The notes beneath the pieces are model-generated. The model did not search any database and was not told the DNA's origin. It saw nothing but the letters and a program-made list of their open reading frames with translations. Below are positions 29,589-38,964 of a DNA stretch of 64,000 bases, piece after piece. Source of the stretch: Bacteriovoracaceae bacterium (lineage in GTDB: Bacteria; Bdellovibrionota; Bacteriovoracia; Bacteriovoracales; Bacteriovoracaceae); contig JBLWTJ010000002.1 of NCBI GenBank assembly GCA_048270185.1, positions 256,001 to 320,000 of the forward strand, written 5' to 3'. The first letter of the stretch is position 1. Every line of letters begins with the position of its first letter. A program made the position numbers and the translations under genes.

Positions 29589-31061
29589 ATGAAAGACTAC
29601 TCACTATACGACTCAGTTTTTGAACCAATTTGTGTCATCAACGATAAGTATGAAATCACATATTATAATCACTTCTTTGCTTCCTTCTTTAAGAAGTCTC
29701 CAAGAATTTTAAAGAAAGGCCCTACTCTCCAATCCCTATTCACTGGATTTGAGCTAGGTAATTTTTTAGAAGATGCAAAAGATATTAAGATTGGGCCAGA
29801 AGTTGAGATTTTCTTAGATGATCAGACTTTCTATCACGTCATTATAAAATCCATTGAGTGTGAAGATGGGCACGTCATTTGTTTTAATGATATTAGTATT
29901 GAAAAGAATCTCTATACAAAGTATCGCTATCAAATTGAAGAGCTAAAAAATATTCATAATCAAATTATTCAAGCAGATAAGCTAAGTACGATTGGAGAAA
30001 TTACGGCGACAATTTCACACGAAATTTCTAACCCTCTAACGATTGCTTCAGGAAACTTAGAACTTATCGATGCACTTCTTCTTAATGCACAGATTGAAGC
30101 AAAAGATATTATTACTGCAAGTGTGGAAGATACAAAAGATTCAATCAACCGAATTACAAAGATCATTAAAGGATTAAAAGGTTTCTTACATAATAAAGAT
30201 AGTGAAAAGAAATTTGTTTCTCTGGAAAAAATAATTACTAACTCACTATCTCTTCTCAAAGTTCCACTTGATCAGAATGGAATCAAGGCAACTTTTAATC
30301 CAAATACCTATTCAATAATTTGTGCCAACCCTATTGAGATTGAGCAGGTTATTATCAATATTGTCACAAATGCAATTCACGCTCTAGTTGATGCTCAAGT
30401 TGCAAACCCGACAATTGATATAAATCTTTCGGCCAACGATGTCTGCTATGTTTTAAATATTGTCGACAACGGGCCAGGGATTGCTCCTGAAAATCAAGAA
30501 CGTATCTTTGAATCCTTCTTTACGACAAAGGAAGTTGGAGAAGGGACAGGACTTGGGCTTGCCATTTCTTCTAAGATCATTGACTCATATTCAGGGGTAT
30601 TAAGACATATTCCAGAGACTTCAGGCTGTCACTTTGAAATGACACTTCCTAAAATGGAAACAACTAGTTTCACGGACAGTGAACTTAGTGTAAATCACGA
30701 CTACAAGAAAGTTCTTGTTATCGATAACGAACCTCAAATTCTAAACTTACTTGCGTCTTTCTTTGAGTATGGACCAATCAATTTAATTTTTGCTTCAAGT
30801 GCAGAAGAGGCCAAGAGAATTTTAACAGGAACAGTTGTTGATGCAATTCTTTCTGACTTTGATATGCCAGAGACAAATGGTGTTGAATTTGCAAAAGAAG
30901 TTTTAGAAGATGGTTATGATATACCAACATATATTATGTCTGGTGTTGCTGCCGAAAAAGATATTACGAAACATAGTGAAGTAAAGGGATTTATCGCTAA
31001 ACCATTCACTAAGGAAGATATACTAAATACACTAGGTATTAAGGACGGAGAGGGTAATTAA
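29589..31061 (+). CDS. cytoplasmic hybrid histidine kinase (PAS-like, HisKA, HATPase, REC)
   Basis: ISHEISNPL, QVIINIVTNA, DNGPGI, FFTTKEVGEGTGLGL, receiver ILSDFDMPETNG..KPF. Confidence 0.93.
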   Translation: MKDYSLYDSVFEPICVINDKYEITYYNHFFASFFKKSPRILKKGPTLQSLFTGFELGNFLEDAKDIKIGPEVEIFLDDQTFYHVIIKSIECEDGHVICFNDISIEKNLYTKYRYQIEELKNIHNQIIQADKLSTIGEITATISHEISNPLTIASGNLELIDALLLNAQIEAKDIITASVEDTKDSINRITKIIKGLKGFLHNKDSEKKFVSLEKIITNSLSLLKVPLDQNGIKATFNPNTYSIICANPIEIEQVIINIVTNAIHALVDAQVANPTIDINLSANDVCYVLNIVDNGPGIAPENQERIFESFFTTKEVGEGTGLGLAISSKIIDSYSGVLRHIPETSGCHFEMTLPKMETTSFTDSELSVNHDYKKVLVIDNEPQILNLLASFFEYGPINLIFASSAEEAKRILTGTVVDAILSDFDMPETNGVEFAKEVLEDGYDIPTYIMSGVAAEKDITKHSEVKGFIAKPFTKEDILNTLGIKDGEGN

Positions 31062-31471
31062 TGGCGTTATCACCTTCAAAATCAGCATTAGTAAAGAAGC
31101 CTTCGATTCTCATCGTTGATGATGAAGAAAAGATTTGTTTTCTAATCAAGACATTCTTGGAGCAGACAGGTGCCTTTAAAAGTATTGTAACGGCCGACTC
31201 AGTAAGTGTTGCTCTACTAAAATTAAGAAATGAAGATTTCGATCTTGTTATTATTGATTACAAACTACCTGATAAGGATGGAACTTACTTCATCGATATT
31301 GCAAGTAAATCCATGAAGTATCAAAAGCTAAAGTACTTGTTAATCTCAGGGTTTCTCGATAACCGATCAATGGTAAGTGTTATTAACTCTGGTGTAACAA
31401 ATGTTTTAGTTAAACCATTTTCACGTGATGATATTATCAACAAAGTATACGAGTTATTAAAACTTAAATAA
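31061..31471 (+). CDS. single-domain response regulator
   Basis: ILIVDDE, DLVIIDYKLPDKDG, ISG, VKPF. Confidence 0.92.
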   Translation: MALSPSKSALVKKPSILIVDDEEKICFLIKTFLEQTGAFKSIVTADSVSVALLKLRNEDFDLVIIDYKLPDKDGTYFIDIASKSMKYQKLKYLLISGFLDNRSMVSVINSGVTNVLVKPFSRDDIINKVYELLKLK

Positions 31472-31985
31472 CACTTACATCATTTAGAAATTCATCTTTC
31501 GTAATAAGATAGCTCTTATAGTGATTACTATATGTATCAATTTCTTCTGGAGTTAGCTTTCTCTTGGCCACTGCTGGTGTTCCAATAATAAAGCTCTCAG
31601 GTGGATAGACTTTGCCAGGAGGGACGACACTTCCCCCTGCAACAATTGAGTTCTTTCCAATAATAGCACCATCAAGAATAGTGGCCCCCATTCCAATGAG
31701 ACAACCTTCTTCAACCGTACATGCATGAAGTGTTACGCTGTGACCAACACTTACATTATCTTTTACAATTAGTGGATAATCTTCCACAACATGTAACATT
31801 GTTAGGTCTTGAATATTAACATTCTCACCAATATGAATTTCGTTAACATCACCTCGGGCCACAACTTGAAACCACAAAGACGAGTTCTTTCCAAGAAAGA
31901 CTTTTCCAATAACATCAGCAGAGTCAGCGATAAAGCACCCCTCACCGACTTGTGGTTCAATATTCTTATAACGATATAAAGTCAT
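31464..31985 (-). CDS. gamma-carbonic-anhydrase family protein (YrdA-like)
   Basis: hexapeptide repeats, RGDVN, NIQD..MLH, VGHSVTLHAC. Confidence 0.92.
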   Translation of the reverse strand: MTLYRYKNIEPQVGEGCFIADSADVIGKVFLGKNSSLWFQVVARGDVNEIHIGENVNIQDLTMLHVVEDYPLIVKDNVSVGHSVTLHACTVEEGCLIGMGATILDGAIIGKNSIVAGGSVVPPGKVYPPESFIIGTPAVAKRKLTPEEIDTYSNHYKSYLITKDEFLNDVSVI

Positions 31986-31986
31986 C

Positions 31987-32379
31987 TTAGCGCCAACCTA
32001 TTACTTCGTAACCCTTCTCCGAAAGACAGCGATTAACAAAGCGATGCTTGATTTGATCTTCACTTAAACCAGCTGAAGCAGCTCCACTTGCACCACCAAT
32101 TGCAGCACCTTGAGCAGCTCCCCTAGCAGCATTTCCACCAAAGACAGCACTTGCAACAGCACCAACAATGGCACCCCAGGCTGCGCCCTTTCCACCTTCT
32201 TTTAACATCTGCTTTCCACGATCACTTTCTAAGAATTCGTCAGCTCGGGCCATACAAAGATCAATATCTTTTTGGGCCTGCTCTTTTCCATGCCTTTGAT
32301 AAGCGGCATTTGGATAAAGCTTTGGCTTCGACGCACATGAAGTAATAACAAGAAGTGAAATTAAAAGTAGTGAGCGCAT
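31987..32379 (-). CDS. glycine-zipper lipoprotein
   Basis: lipobox ITSC; GAAWGAIVGA...GAAQGAAIGG; C-terminal FVNRCL..KGYEVIGW. Confidence 0.8.
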   Translation of the reverse strand: MRSLLLISLLVITSCASKPKLYPNAAYQRHGKEQAQKDIDLCMARADEFLESDRGKQMLKEGGKGAAWGAIVGAVASAVFGGNAARGAAQGAAIGGASGAASAGLSEDQIKHRFVNRCLSEKGYEVIGWR

Positions 32380-32388
32380 ATTTTCTCC

Positions 32389-32417
32389 AAAAAAAAAGCC
32401 GCTTAAAAGCGGCTTTT
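32389..32417 (-). terminator. intrinsic terminator after the cytochrome c gene
   Basis: AAAAGCCGCT-TTTA-AGCGGCTTTT hairpin followed by a U-run on the minus strand. Confidence 0.8.
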
Positions 32418-32436
32418 ATATTAACTTAAATTTCTT

Positions 32437-32937
32437 TTAGTTTTGAACTCCACCCCATGGAATTTTTGAAAGATAAGCAGCTAAATCTGCAATATCTTCT
32501 GGGCTTAGTTTTTTTACAATCGTTAACATCTGTTGGTTAACTCGAACACCTGCTTTCATATCAGTAAGTTGTTTCTCAATGTACCAGTCCATTTGTCCAC
32601 CAATACGTGGAGCTTTATTAGCTGCTTTACCAGAAGCATCTTTACCGTGACATGCAATACATTGCTTATATAGCTTATCTGCTCTTACTAATTGTGGAGT
32701 ATCTAGAGGGATAATTGTTTTTTCTTCAATAACTTCATCAGTCATTACTGGTGGAGCTGTTACTTCAGCGTGCTTTTTAGCAAGTTCTGCTACTTCTTTA
32801 AGATGAGCAACGTGTGCCGCTTCCGCTTTTTTAAGATCAAATTTAGCATTGTTGACTTCAACGCTCTGATAACCAGATAAGTTCATAACAAGAACTAGCC
32901 CTACTAGAGTTAGGGAAAAAAGAACTAAACGATACAT
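32437..32937 (-). CDS. membrane-anchored c-type cytochrome (c553/c4-like)
   Basis: CIACHG heme motif, APRIGGQ...YI.KQL, axial Met region, DIADLAAY; N-terminal TM; ATG 32937 after GGAG. Confidence 0.9.
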   Translation of the reverse strand: MYRLVLFSLTLVGLVLVMNLSGYQSVEVNNAKFDLKKAEAAHVAHLKEVAELAKKHAEVTAPPVMTDEVIEEKTIIPLDTPQLVRADKLYKQCIACHGKDASGKAANKAPRIGGQMDWYIEKQLTDMKAGVRVNQQMLTIVKKLSPEDIADLAAYLSKIPWGGVQN

Positions 32938-33116
32938 CGTTTCTCCATTCAATAAATTAATCTATTTCTAATGGCTTAAGTATAATTCCCCCGACTCTTT
33001 TTGGCAATTCCAAATGAAAGAGAACATTCACATTAACGCGACACACATAATAGACGTCCTACATTATAGCGGTTATAATTCGGCCACAAAAACTTAAGTA
33101 AATTCAGGAGCTTTTA

Positions 33117-35525
33117 ATGCAGTACAACTTTGGTGAAATTGAACCAAAATGGCAGAAGTTTTGGGACGACAACAAAACTTTTAGAACAGACTCAACAGAC
33201 AAATCAAAACCTAAATACTATGTATTGGATATGTTCCCTTACCCATCAGGGGCGGGACTTCACGTTGGTCACGTTGAAGGTTATACAGCAACAGATATTC
33301 TTGCTCGTTTTAAGAGAATGAATGGTCACAATGTTCTTCACCCAATGGGTTGGGATTCATTTGGTCTTCCGGCAGAAAACTATGCCATTAAAACGGGAAC
33401 TCACCCGCGAGTAATTACAAAAGAAAATATTGGAAATTTCACAAGACAGCTTAAGGCCTGTGGATTTTCTTATGATTGGGATCGCGAGATCGCAACATCA
33501 AGTATTGACTACTACAAGTGGACTCAATGGATCTTCACTCAACTTTACAATAAAGGTTTAGCTTTTGAAGATGAAATCTCAGTTAACTGGTGCCCTGAAC
33601 TTAAAACGGTTCTAGCTAACGAAGAAGTTATTGACGGTAAATCTGAAGTTGGTGGCCACCCAGTAATTAGAAAGCCAATGAAGCAGTGGATGCTTAAGAT
33701 CACTGAATATGCAGACCGTCTTTTAGAAGACCTTGATGATCTTGATTGGCCAGAGTCACTAAAAGAGCTTCAAAGAAATTGGATTGGACGCTCAGAAGGT
33801 GCTCAAGTTTCTTTCAAAGTTCAAGGCGATAACTCACAAATAGATGTCTTCACAACTCGTCCAGATACTCTCTTTGGTGCAACATATATGGTTCTTGCTC
33901 CTGAACATGACCTTGTTGCAAAGATTACAACAGATGAGAAGAAGGCTGATGTTGAAGCTTATATCAAAGAAGCATCTCTTAAGTCTGATCTCGATCGAAC
34001 TGATCTTAACAAGAATAAGTCAGGTGTTTTCACTGGCGCTTACGCTGTTAATCCACTTAATGGAAAAGAAATTCCAATTTGGATTGCAGACTATGTACTA
34101 ATCTCGTACGGAACTGGTGCGATCATGGCCGTTCCTGCTCACGATGAAAGAGACTGGGAATTTGCTAAGAAGTATGACCTAGAAATCATTCCTGTTCTTG
34201 AAGGTGGCGATGTTAATGAAGCTGCTTTCACTGGAGACGGAACACATATTAATTCAGGCTTCCTTGATGGACTTAATAAAGCTGACGGGATTGCAAAAGC
34301 AATCGCGTACCTTGAAGAAAATCAAATCGGTAAGAAAGAAATTAACTACAAGCTTCGCGACTGGTTATTCTCTCGCCAAAGATACTGGGGTGAACCATTC
34401 CCAATTCTTAAATTTGAAGACGGAACAGTAAGATGTCTTGATGAAGATGAACTTCCAGTTGGTCTTCCTGAAGTAGAAAAGTATGAACCATCAGGAACTG
34501 GTGAGTCTCCACTTGCTCGTATTGATGACTGGTTATACCTAACTGACCCAAAGACAGGTAAGAAAGCAAGAAGAGAAACAAATACAATGCCTCAGTGGGC
34601 AGGTTCTTGTTGGTACTACCTACGTTTTATCGATCCACAAAACTCTGAAGTAGCGTGGGATAAGCAATTAGAAGAATACTGGATGCCAGTTGACTTATAT
34701 GTTGGTGGTGTTGAGCACGCTGTTCTTCACCTACTCTACGCTCGCTTCTGGCACAAGGTTCTATTTGATCTAGGACTTGTTTCAACAAAAGAGCCATTCC
34801 AAAAGCTTTTCAACCAAGGTCTTATCCTCGATGAGAATGGTGAGAAGATGAGTAAGTCTAAAGGTAATACTGTAAACCCAGATGATATCATTAAGGAATA
34901 CGGTGCTGATGCTTTAAGACTTTATGAAATGTTCATGGGTCCACTTGAAAAAGTTAAGCCATGGCAAACAAAAGGTGTGAAAGGAGTTTTCAACTTCCTA
35001 AGAAAGTCATTCACATTCTACGGTGATCCTGCAAATACATATGAAGGCGCAGAGACTAATCAAGACGTTCTTAAACACCTACACAAGACAATTAAGAAAG
35101 TTACAGAGGATGTTGAGAACTTACGTTTTAACACAGCAATCTCGGCAATGATGGTAATGAATAACGAAGTCATTAAGCTTGGAAAAGTATCTGTAGAGAC
35201 AGCTAAGGCCTTTACAAGACTTCTTTCTCCATTTGCTCCACACGCTGCTGAAGAGATGTGGGCAAACCTTGGAGAGACTTCGTCTTGTTCACTTGCGGCT
35301 TGGCCTGCCTTTGATGCTGAACTTGCTAAAGATGACCTCATCACAATGGCCATCCAAGTAAATGGTAAGACAAGATCAACAATTGATGTACCAGCAGATA
35401 TTTCAAAAGAAGACTTCCTAGCTCAAGCGAAAGCTGACGAAAAAGTTGCGAAATTCTTAACGGGAACAATTGTCAAAGAGATCTACGTACCAGGTCGAAT
35501 TTGTAATATCGTTGTAAAACCTTAA
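33117..35525 (+). CDS. leuS: leucine--tRNA ligase
   Basis: [14 protein letters not shown] (HIGH), editing-domain TTRPDT and [17 protein letters not shown]. Confidence 0.98.
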   Translation: MQYNFGEIEPKWQKFWDDNKTFRTDSTDKSKPKYYVLDMFPYPSGAGLHVGHVEGYTATDILARFKRMNGHNVLHPMGWDSFGLPAENYAIKTGTHPRVITKENIGNFTRQLKACGFSYDWDREIATSSIDYYKWTQWIFTQLYNKGLAFEDEISVNWCPELKTVLANEEVIDGKSEVGGHPVIRKPMKQWMLKITEYADRLLEDLDDLDWPESLKELQRNWIGRSEGAQVSFKVQGDNSQIDVFTTRPDTLFGATYMVLAPEHDLVAKITTDEKKADVEAYIKEASLKSDLDRTDLNKNKSGVFTGAYAVNPLNGKEIPIWIADYVLISYGTGAIMAVPAHDERDWEFAKKYDLEIIPVLEGGDVNEAAFTGDGTHINSGFLDGLNKADGIAKAIAYLEENQIGKKEINYKLRDWLFSRQRYWGEPFPILKFEDGTVRCLDEDELPVGLPEVEKYEPSGTGESPLARIDDWLYLTDPKTGKKARRETNTMPQWAGSCWYYLRFIDPQNSEVAWDKQLEEYWMPVDLYVGGVEHAVLHLLYARFWHKVLFDLGLVSTKEPFQKLFNQGLILDENGEKMSKSKGNTVNPDDIIKEYGADALRLYEMFMGPLEKVKPWQTKGVKGVFNFLRKSFTFYGDPANTYEGAETNQDVLKHLHKTIKKVTEDVENLRFNTAISAMMVMNNEVIKLGKVSVETAKAFTRLLSPFAPHAAEEMWANLGETSSCSLAAWPAFDAELAKDDLITMAIQVNGKTRSTIDVPADISKEDFLAQAKADEKVAKFLTGTIVKEIYVPGRICNIVVKP

Positions 35526-35676
35526 TTAGCACTCACCCTAAGAGCAAACTGGTTTAAAGCCTTCAAAGTTTGCTCTAGTTTTGGGTGAAGAGCTGATGAA
35601 TGAGAGAGGCATATTAATTATATGCCGATCGAAATGAAGAAGAACTGAGCCCGAAGATAGAGTAAAATCTGAAGGC
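35526..35676 (+). other. three-hairpin structured leuS-metG intergenic region
   Basis: TCACCC/GGGTGA plus AGAGCAAACT/AGTTTGCTCT long stem; GGCATAT/ATATGCC stem; GCC..AGAT/ATCT..GGC stem. Confidence 0.5.
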
Positions 35677-35690
35677 CTGGAGAAAATAAA

Positions 35691-37175
35691 ATGAAAAATA
35701 CATTCTATTGCACTACTGCTATTGATTATCCAAACGGTCGCCCTCACATCGGTCACGCCTATGAGAAGATCGTAACGGACTCTTATGCCCGTTGGAATAA
35801 GCTTCTTGGAAAGGAAGTTCACTTTCTAACTGGAACAGATGAGAATGGACAAAAGCTAATTGAATCAGCAAAGGCCGCTGGACTTGAAACACTTGAGTTC
35901 GTAAACGCTAATGTTGAAGTTTTTAAAGAGCTTTGTGCCAAAGCAAATATTAATTATGATGACTTCATTAGAACAACTGAAGATCGCCACGCTGAGACTT
36001 GTGTTGAGCTTTGGAAGAATCTTGAAGCAAAAGGTTTAGTTTACCACGGTCACTACTCTGGAAATTACTGTCTATCATGTGAATCTTTCTACACAGAAGC
36101 ACAAGCACCAGATGGAAATTGCCCAGAACACCACAAGCCACTTGAACTTAAGGAAGAAGAAGGTTTCTTCTTTAAGTTAAGCCAATACCAAAGCTGGATT
36201 ATTGATCACCTAAAAGCGAATCCAGACTTTATCGTGCCAGGTGCGCGCTACAAAGAAATTCTTTCTCGCCTTGAAGGTGACGATCTAAGAGATCTTGCGA
36301 TCTCTCGTCCAAGCCAAGGTTGGGGTGTGCCTGTTCCAGGTAATGAGAACTTTGTTATGTACACATGGTTTGATGCTCTTATCAATTACTACTCTGCACT
36401 TGATAAAGATCAAGCAGCAAAATTTTGGCCTGCTGATATGCACGTTATTGGTAAAGACATCCTTTGGTTCCACTCAGTGATCTGGCCATGTATGCTAAAG
36501 GCCGCAGATCTTCCACTACCAAAACAAGTTTATGTTCACGGAATGGTTCTTGCTGAAGACGGAAAGAAAATGAGTAAGTCTCTTGGAAATGTTGTTGATC
36601 CATTTGAGATGCTTGAAAAATACCCAACGGATACTTTCCGTTACTATATGCTTAAGAATATTTCTTCTTCAGGAGATGGGAAATTCTCTGAGCAAGAATT
36701 AGTTGATAAGCACAACACTGAACTTGCTAATGACTATGGAAACCTTTTAATGAGAGTTATTAAGCTTGGTCTTAAGAGTTTCCCAGATAAGGTCTATTCA
36801 GCAGAAGGTGTAACTCAGGAGATTGATGCTCTTCCATATTTTGAACGCGCTAAAGAGTTCATGGAAAAGCGTGAGCACAATAAAGCAATTGATGCCATCT
36901 GGGATCTTATCGTTAGCCTTAATCAATATGTTAACGACAAAGAACCATGGAAGCACAAAGCAGACGAAGCGGCCTTCGCGCCAATCGCTTACAACTGCTT
37001 CTACGGAATGGCCGCAGCTTCTTATATGCTTCAGGCCTTCCTTCCTGAGTGTACAAAGACAGCTCTTGAATACATCGGTTCAAGTGTTGCTGGAACTGAG
37101 CTGATGGAATTTGGTAAGGCGACTTATACGCCTCAACCACCGGAAGCGCTGTTTCCTAAGGTGGAGCTTAAATAA
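35691..37175 (+). CDS. metG: methionine--tRNA ligase (short form, no C-terminal tRNA-binding domain)
   Basis: TTAIDYPNGRPHIGHAY, GTDE.GQK, CLSC..CPEH knuckle, WFDAL, GKDI, KMSKS. Confidence 0.97.
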   Translation: MKNTFYCTTAIDYPNGRPHIGHAYEKIVTDSYARWNKLLGKEVHFLTGTDENGQKLIESAKAAGLETLEFVNANVEVFKELCAKANINYDDFIRTTEDRHAETCVELWKNLEAKGLVYHGHYSGNYCLSCESFYTEAQAPDGNCPEHHKPLELKEEEGFFFKLSQYQSWIIDHLKANPDFIVPGARYKEILSRLEGDDLRDLAISRPSQGWGVPVPGNENFVMYTWFDALINYYSALDKDQAAKFWPADMHVIGKDILWFHSVIWPCMLKAADLPLPKQVYVHGMVLAEDGKKMSKSLGNVVDPFEMLEKYPTDTFRYYMLKNISSSGDGKFSEQELVDKHNTELANDYGNLLMRVIKLGLKSFPDKVYSAEGVTQEIDALPYFERAKEFMEKREHNKAIDAIWDLIVSLNQYVNDKEPWKHKADEAAFAPIAYNCFYGMAAASYMLQAFLPECTKTALEYIGSSVAGTELMEFGKATYTPQPPEALFPKVELK

Positions 37176-37326
37176 CTTCGGCATCTTAGCCAAGCTAAGA
37201 TTTGACGCTGTTATAGCTCCCCCACGCTTTAGCTAAAAAACAATTTCAACAAACCTGCGTTTATACAGGCTTTGTTGTCTCTGGAGCAATGGGAAAGTTG
37301 AAGTAAAGGACGAAAAAAGAATCTAC

Positions 37327-37358
37327 AAATAAAAAAGCCTCCATTACGGAGGCTTTTT
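37327..37358. terminator. bidirectional intrinsic terminator (copy 1 of a 27-bp near-direct repeat)
   Basis: AAAAAGCCTCC-ATTAC-GGAGGCTTTTT. Confidence 0.85.
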
Positions 37359-37393
37359 ACTTATATAAACAATTAGAGCCTAAATAAACTTTT

Positions 37394-37717
37394 TTACTCT
37401 TCACCTGCTTTTCTAAGAACTTCTTTTAATGTTTCTTCCGTTATCCTATCTTCGCAAAGTAAGCCTAACTCAAAGACCGTAAGGGCTGCAATAATTCCAA
37501 CGACAACCCCTTCATTAAACAACTTTTCATTCTCATCATTTTGAAAGTCATAATCATCTTTTAAAATCTTATCTTTTATATTTCTAGCTAAGTTCTGAGA
37601 TATTGTCATGACCGAACTTTTCGACTTATGAAATAATGGATTTTTTTCAAAATCACATTTATTATCCCCTTTAGATGATGCTTTTTTATCTTTTAATTCT
37701 TCATTTTTTGAATTCAT
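37394..37717 (-). CDS. hypothetical protein, third gene of the toxin-antitoxin operon
   Basis: 107 aa; start overlaps the antitoxin stop (TAATG); one hydrophobic segment. Confidence 0.6.
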   Translation of the reverse strand: MNSKNEELKDKKASSKGDNKCDFEKNPLFHKSKSSVMTISQNLARNIKDKILKDDYDFQNDENEKLFNEGVVVGIIAALTVFELGLLCEDRITEETLKEVLRKAGEE

Positions 37718-38388
37718 TATATGCTCTTCCCTTCTTTCATTTTAAGAAGATCTTCAATTCCTGCAACAGTCATTTCCTTATAGCCAATTCTTTTTTTCAT
37801 AACACTCCCCATAGGAGTAGATTCATATAACCCCTGATAGTAAATGCGCTTTCTCTCCTCTTTCTCTGCTTTGAGTCTGTAATACGTAATCAAGTTAGAC
37901 TCTGCAGCTGTAACAACATCGTTTCTTTTTTGCCAAGCAATTAATCTTTCCACAGCTTTTTTATTACTTACTTTATGTCCAAATTTTTTTAACAATGACT
38001 CTAAACCAGATGAAGACATCGATGATTCCATAACAAAGTTATGAACATCACTTTGTATTTCCCCTCTTTCATATCGAGTAATAGTAATCTCACCAAAACC
38101 ACATAATAATGAATAATCTTTCTGTGATAAGCCAAACTGCTCTCTAAAAGATTTTATTTTTGACACTGTTAAAAGACCGTTAACTTCTCGATACTTTTCC
38201 CGAGCTAAAAAAGTCGGCTCCTTATCAGAGTCTAAGGATTCAAACTCTTCACCACAATCTTGACAAGTATAAAGCGGGTGTTCAACTTCAACCTCTTGCT
38301 TCTGAACTATAACAATAGACTTCTCATTCTCTACACTACAACTTGTTTCCTCTGCACAAAATGGACAATGTATTTTTATAATATTCAT
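37717..38388 (-). CDS. MqsA-like antitoxin (zinc ribbon + XRE HTH)
   Basis: CPFC...CQDCGEEF; IKSFREQFGLSQKDYSLLCGFGEITITRYERG HTH. Confidence 0.88.
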   Translation of the reverse strand: MNIIKIHCPFCAEETSCSVENEKSIVIVQKQEVEVEHPLYTCQDCGEEFESLDSDKEPTFLAREKYREVNGLLTVSKIKSFREQFGLSQKDYSLLCGFGEITITRYERGEIQSDVHNFVMESSMSSSGLESLLKKFGHKVSNKKAVERLIAWQKRNDVVTAAESNLITYYRLKAEKEERKRIYYQGLYESTPMGSVMKKRIGYKEMTVAGIEDLLKMKEGKSI

Positions 38389-38395
38389 TTGCGCC

Positions 38396-38890
38396 TCACT
38401 TTTTTCTATTATTCTTTATCTGCTTTGCTTTTTTCTTTGCTTTTTTCTTTGCTTTTTTCTTTGCTTTTTTCTTTGCTTTTTTTGATTTGCTTTTTTGTTC
38501 CAGCTCTCTTTCCTTAAATGGATAGGTTATTTTATACTCAGCTTCATGAAAACTTAAACATAATGAAACTTTTTTACTTTTAGGGTTCATCCATAACTGA
38601 ATTTTCACATATGTTTGCTTATTACACACATTTTCAAGTCCAAATTCAAAATATTCTCCCTTATAACTAGGATCATCATTTTTAATTGGTCCCTTGTAAT
38701 AGTCCATGTAGTCAAGTTCTTTTAAGTATTCTATCGCCCCCAACTTATCGACATTAACTGAATCTAGTTTTTTATGTGCATCTCTTCTAGGCTTAAACAC
38801 AACATTGCCATTGTTAGTTGCTATGCACGCTTTAAAGTCCGTTAGAAAGGTTTTTACTTGTTTCTCACTCGCTATTTTCCTATTAGCCAA
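38396..38890 (-). CDS. MqsR-like (RelE-fold) toxin with Lys/Ala-rich tail
   Basis: FL.DFK, L...DYYKGP..D, FG, YVKI.L, CLSFHEAE..I.YP; directly upstream of the antitoxin; TTG start after AAGGA. Confidence 0.8.
   Translation of the reverse strand: MANRKIASEKQVKTFLTDFKACIATNNGNVVFKPRRDAHKKLDSVNVDKLGAIEYLKELDYMDYYKGPIKNDDPSYKGEYFEFGLENVCNKQTYVKIQLWMNPKSKKVSLCLSFHEAEYKITYPFKERELEQKSKSKKAKKKAKKKAKKKAKKKAKQIKNNRKK
38423..38482 (-). repeat. 12-bp tandem repeat, five perfect copies, encoding KKAK
   Basis: (CTTTGCTTTTTT)x5 on the + strand plus a degenerate sixth copy. Confidence 0.95.
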
Positions 38891-38913
38891 TTCAACTTTC
38901 CTTCACTACCATC

Positions 38914-38940
38914 TTATCGTAACAATAAGCTAAAACATTA
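38914..38940 (-). promoter_or_regulatory. possible sigma28 promoter of the TA operon
   Basis: TAAT-N15-TACGATAA. Confidence 0.4.
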
Positions 38941-38948
38941 GCCAATGC

Positions 38949-38964
38949 ACTATCATATGATAGT
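38949..38964. promoter_or_regulatory. perfect 16-bp palindrome, probable antitoxin operator
   Basis: ACTATCATATGATAGT; a second TATCA-NN-TGATA copy at 39013-39024. Confidence 0.7.

Noticed and set aside
35593..35640. CTGATGA...GAAA resembling a hammerhead ribozyme core
   Set aside because: Stem II would open with an A-C mismatch and extra unpaired bases, and no stem III partner with the required UH cleavage site was found
32953..35690. T-box or SAM riboswitch upstream of leuS or metG
   Set aside because: No T-box (GGTGGNACCGCG) or SAM-I core sequence and no terminator/antiterminator pair visible
38423..38494. Tandem repeat as a CRISPR array
   Set aside because: 12-bp units with no spacers, inside a CDS, and no cas genes
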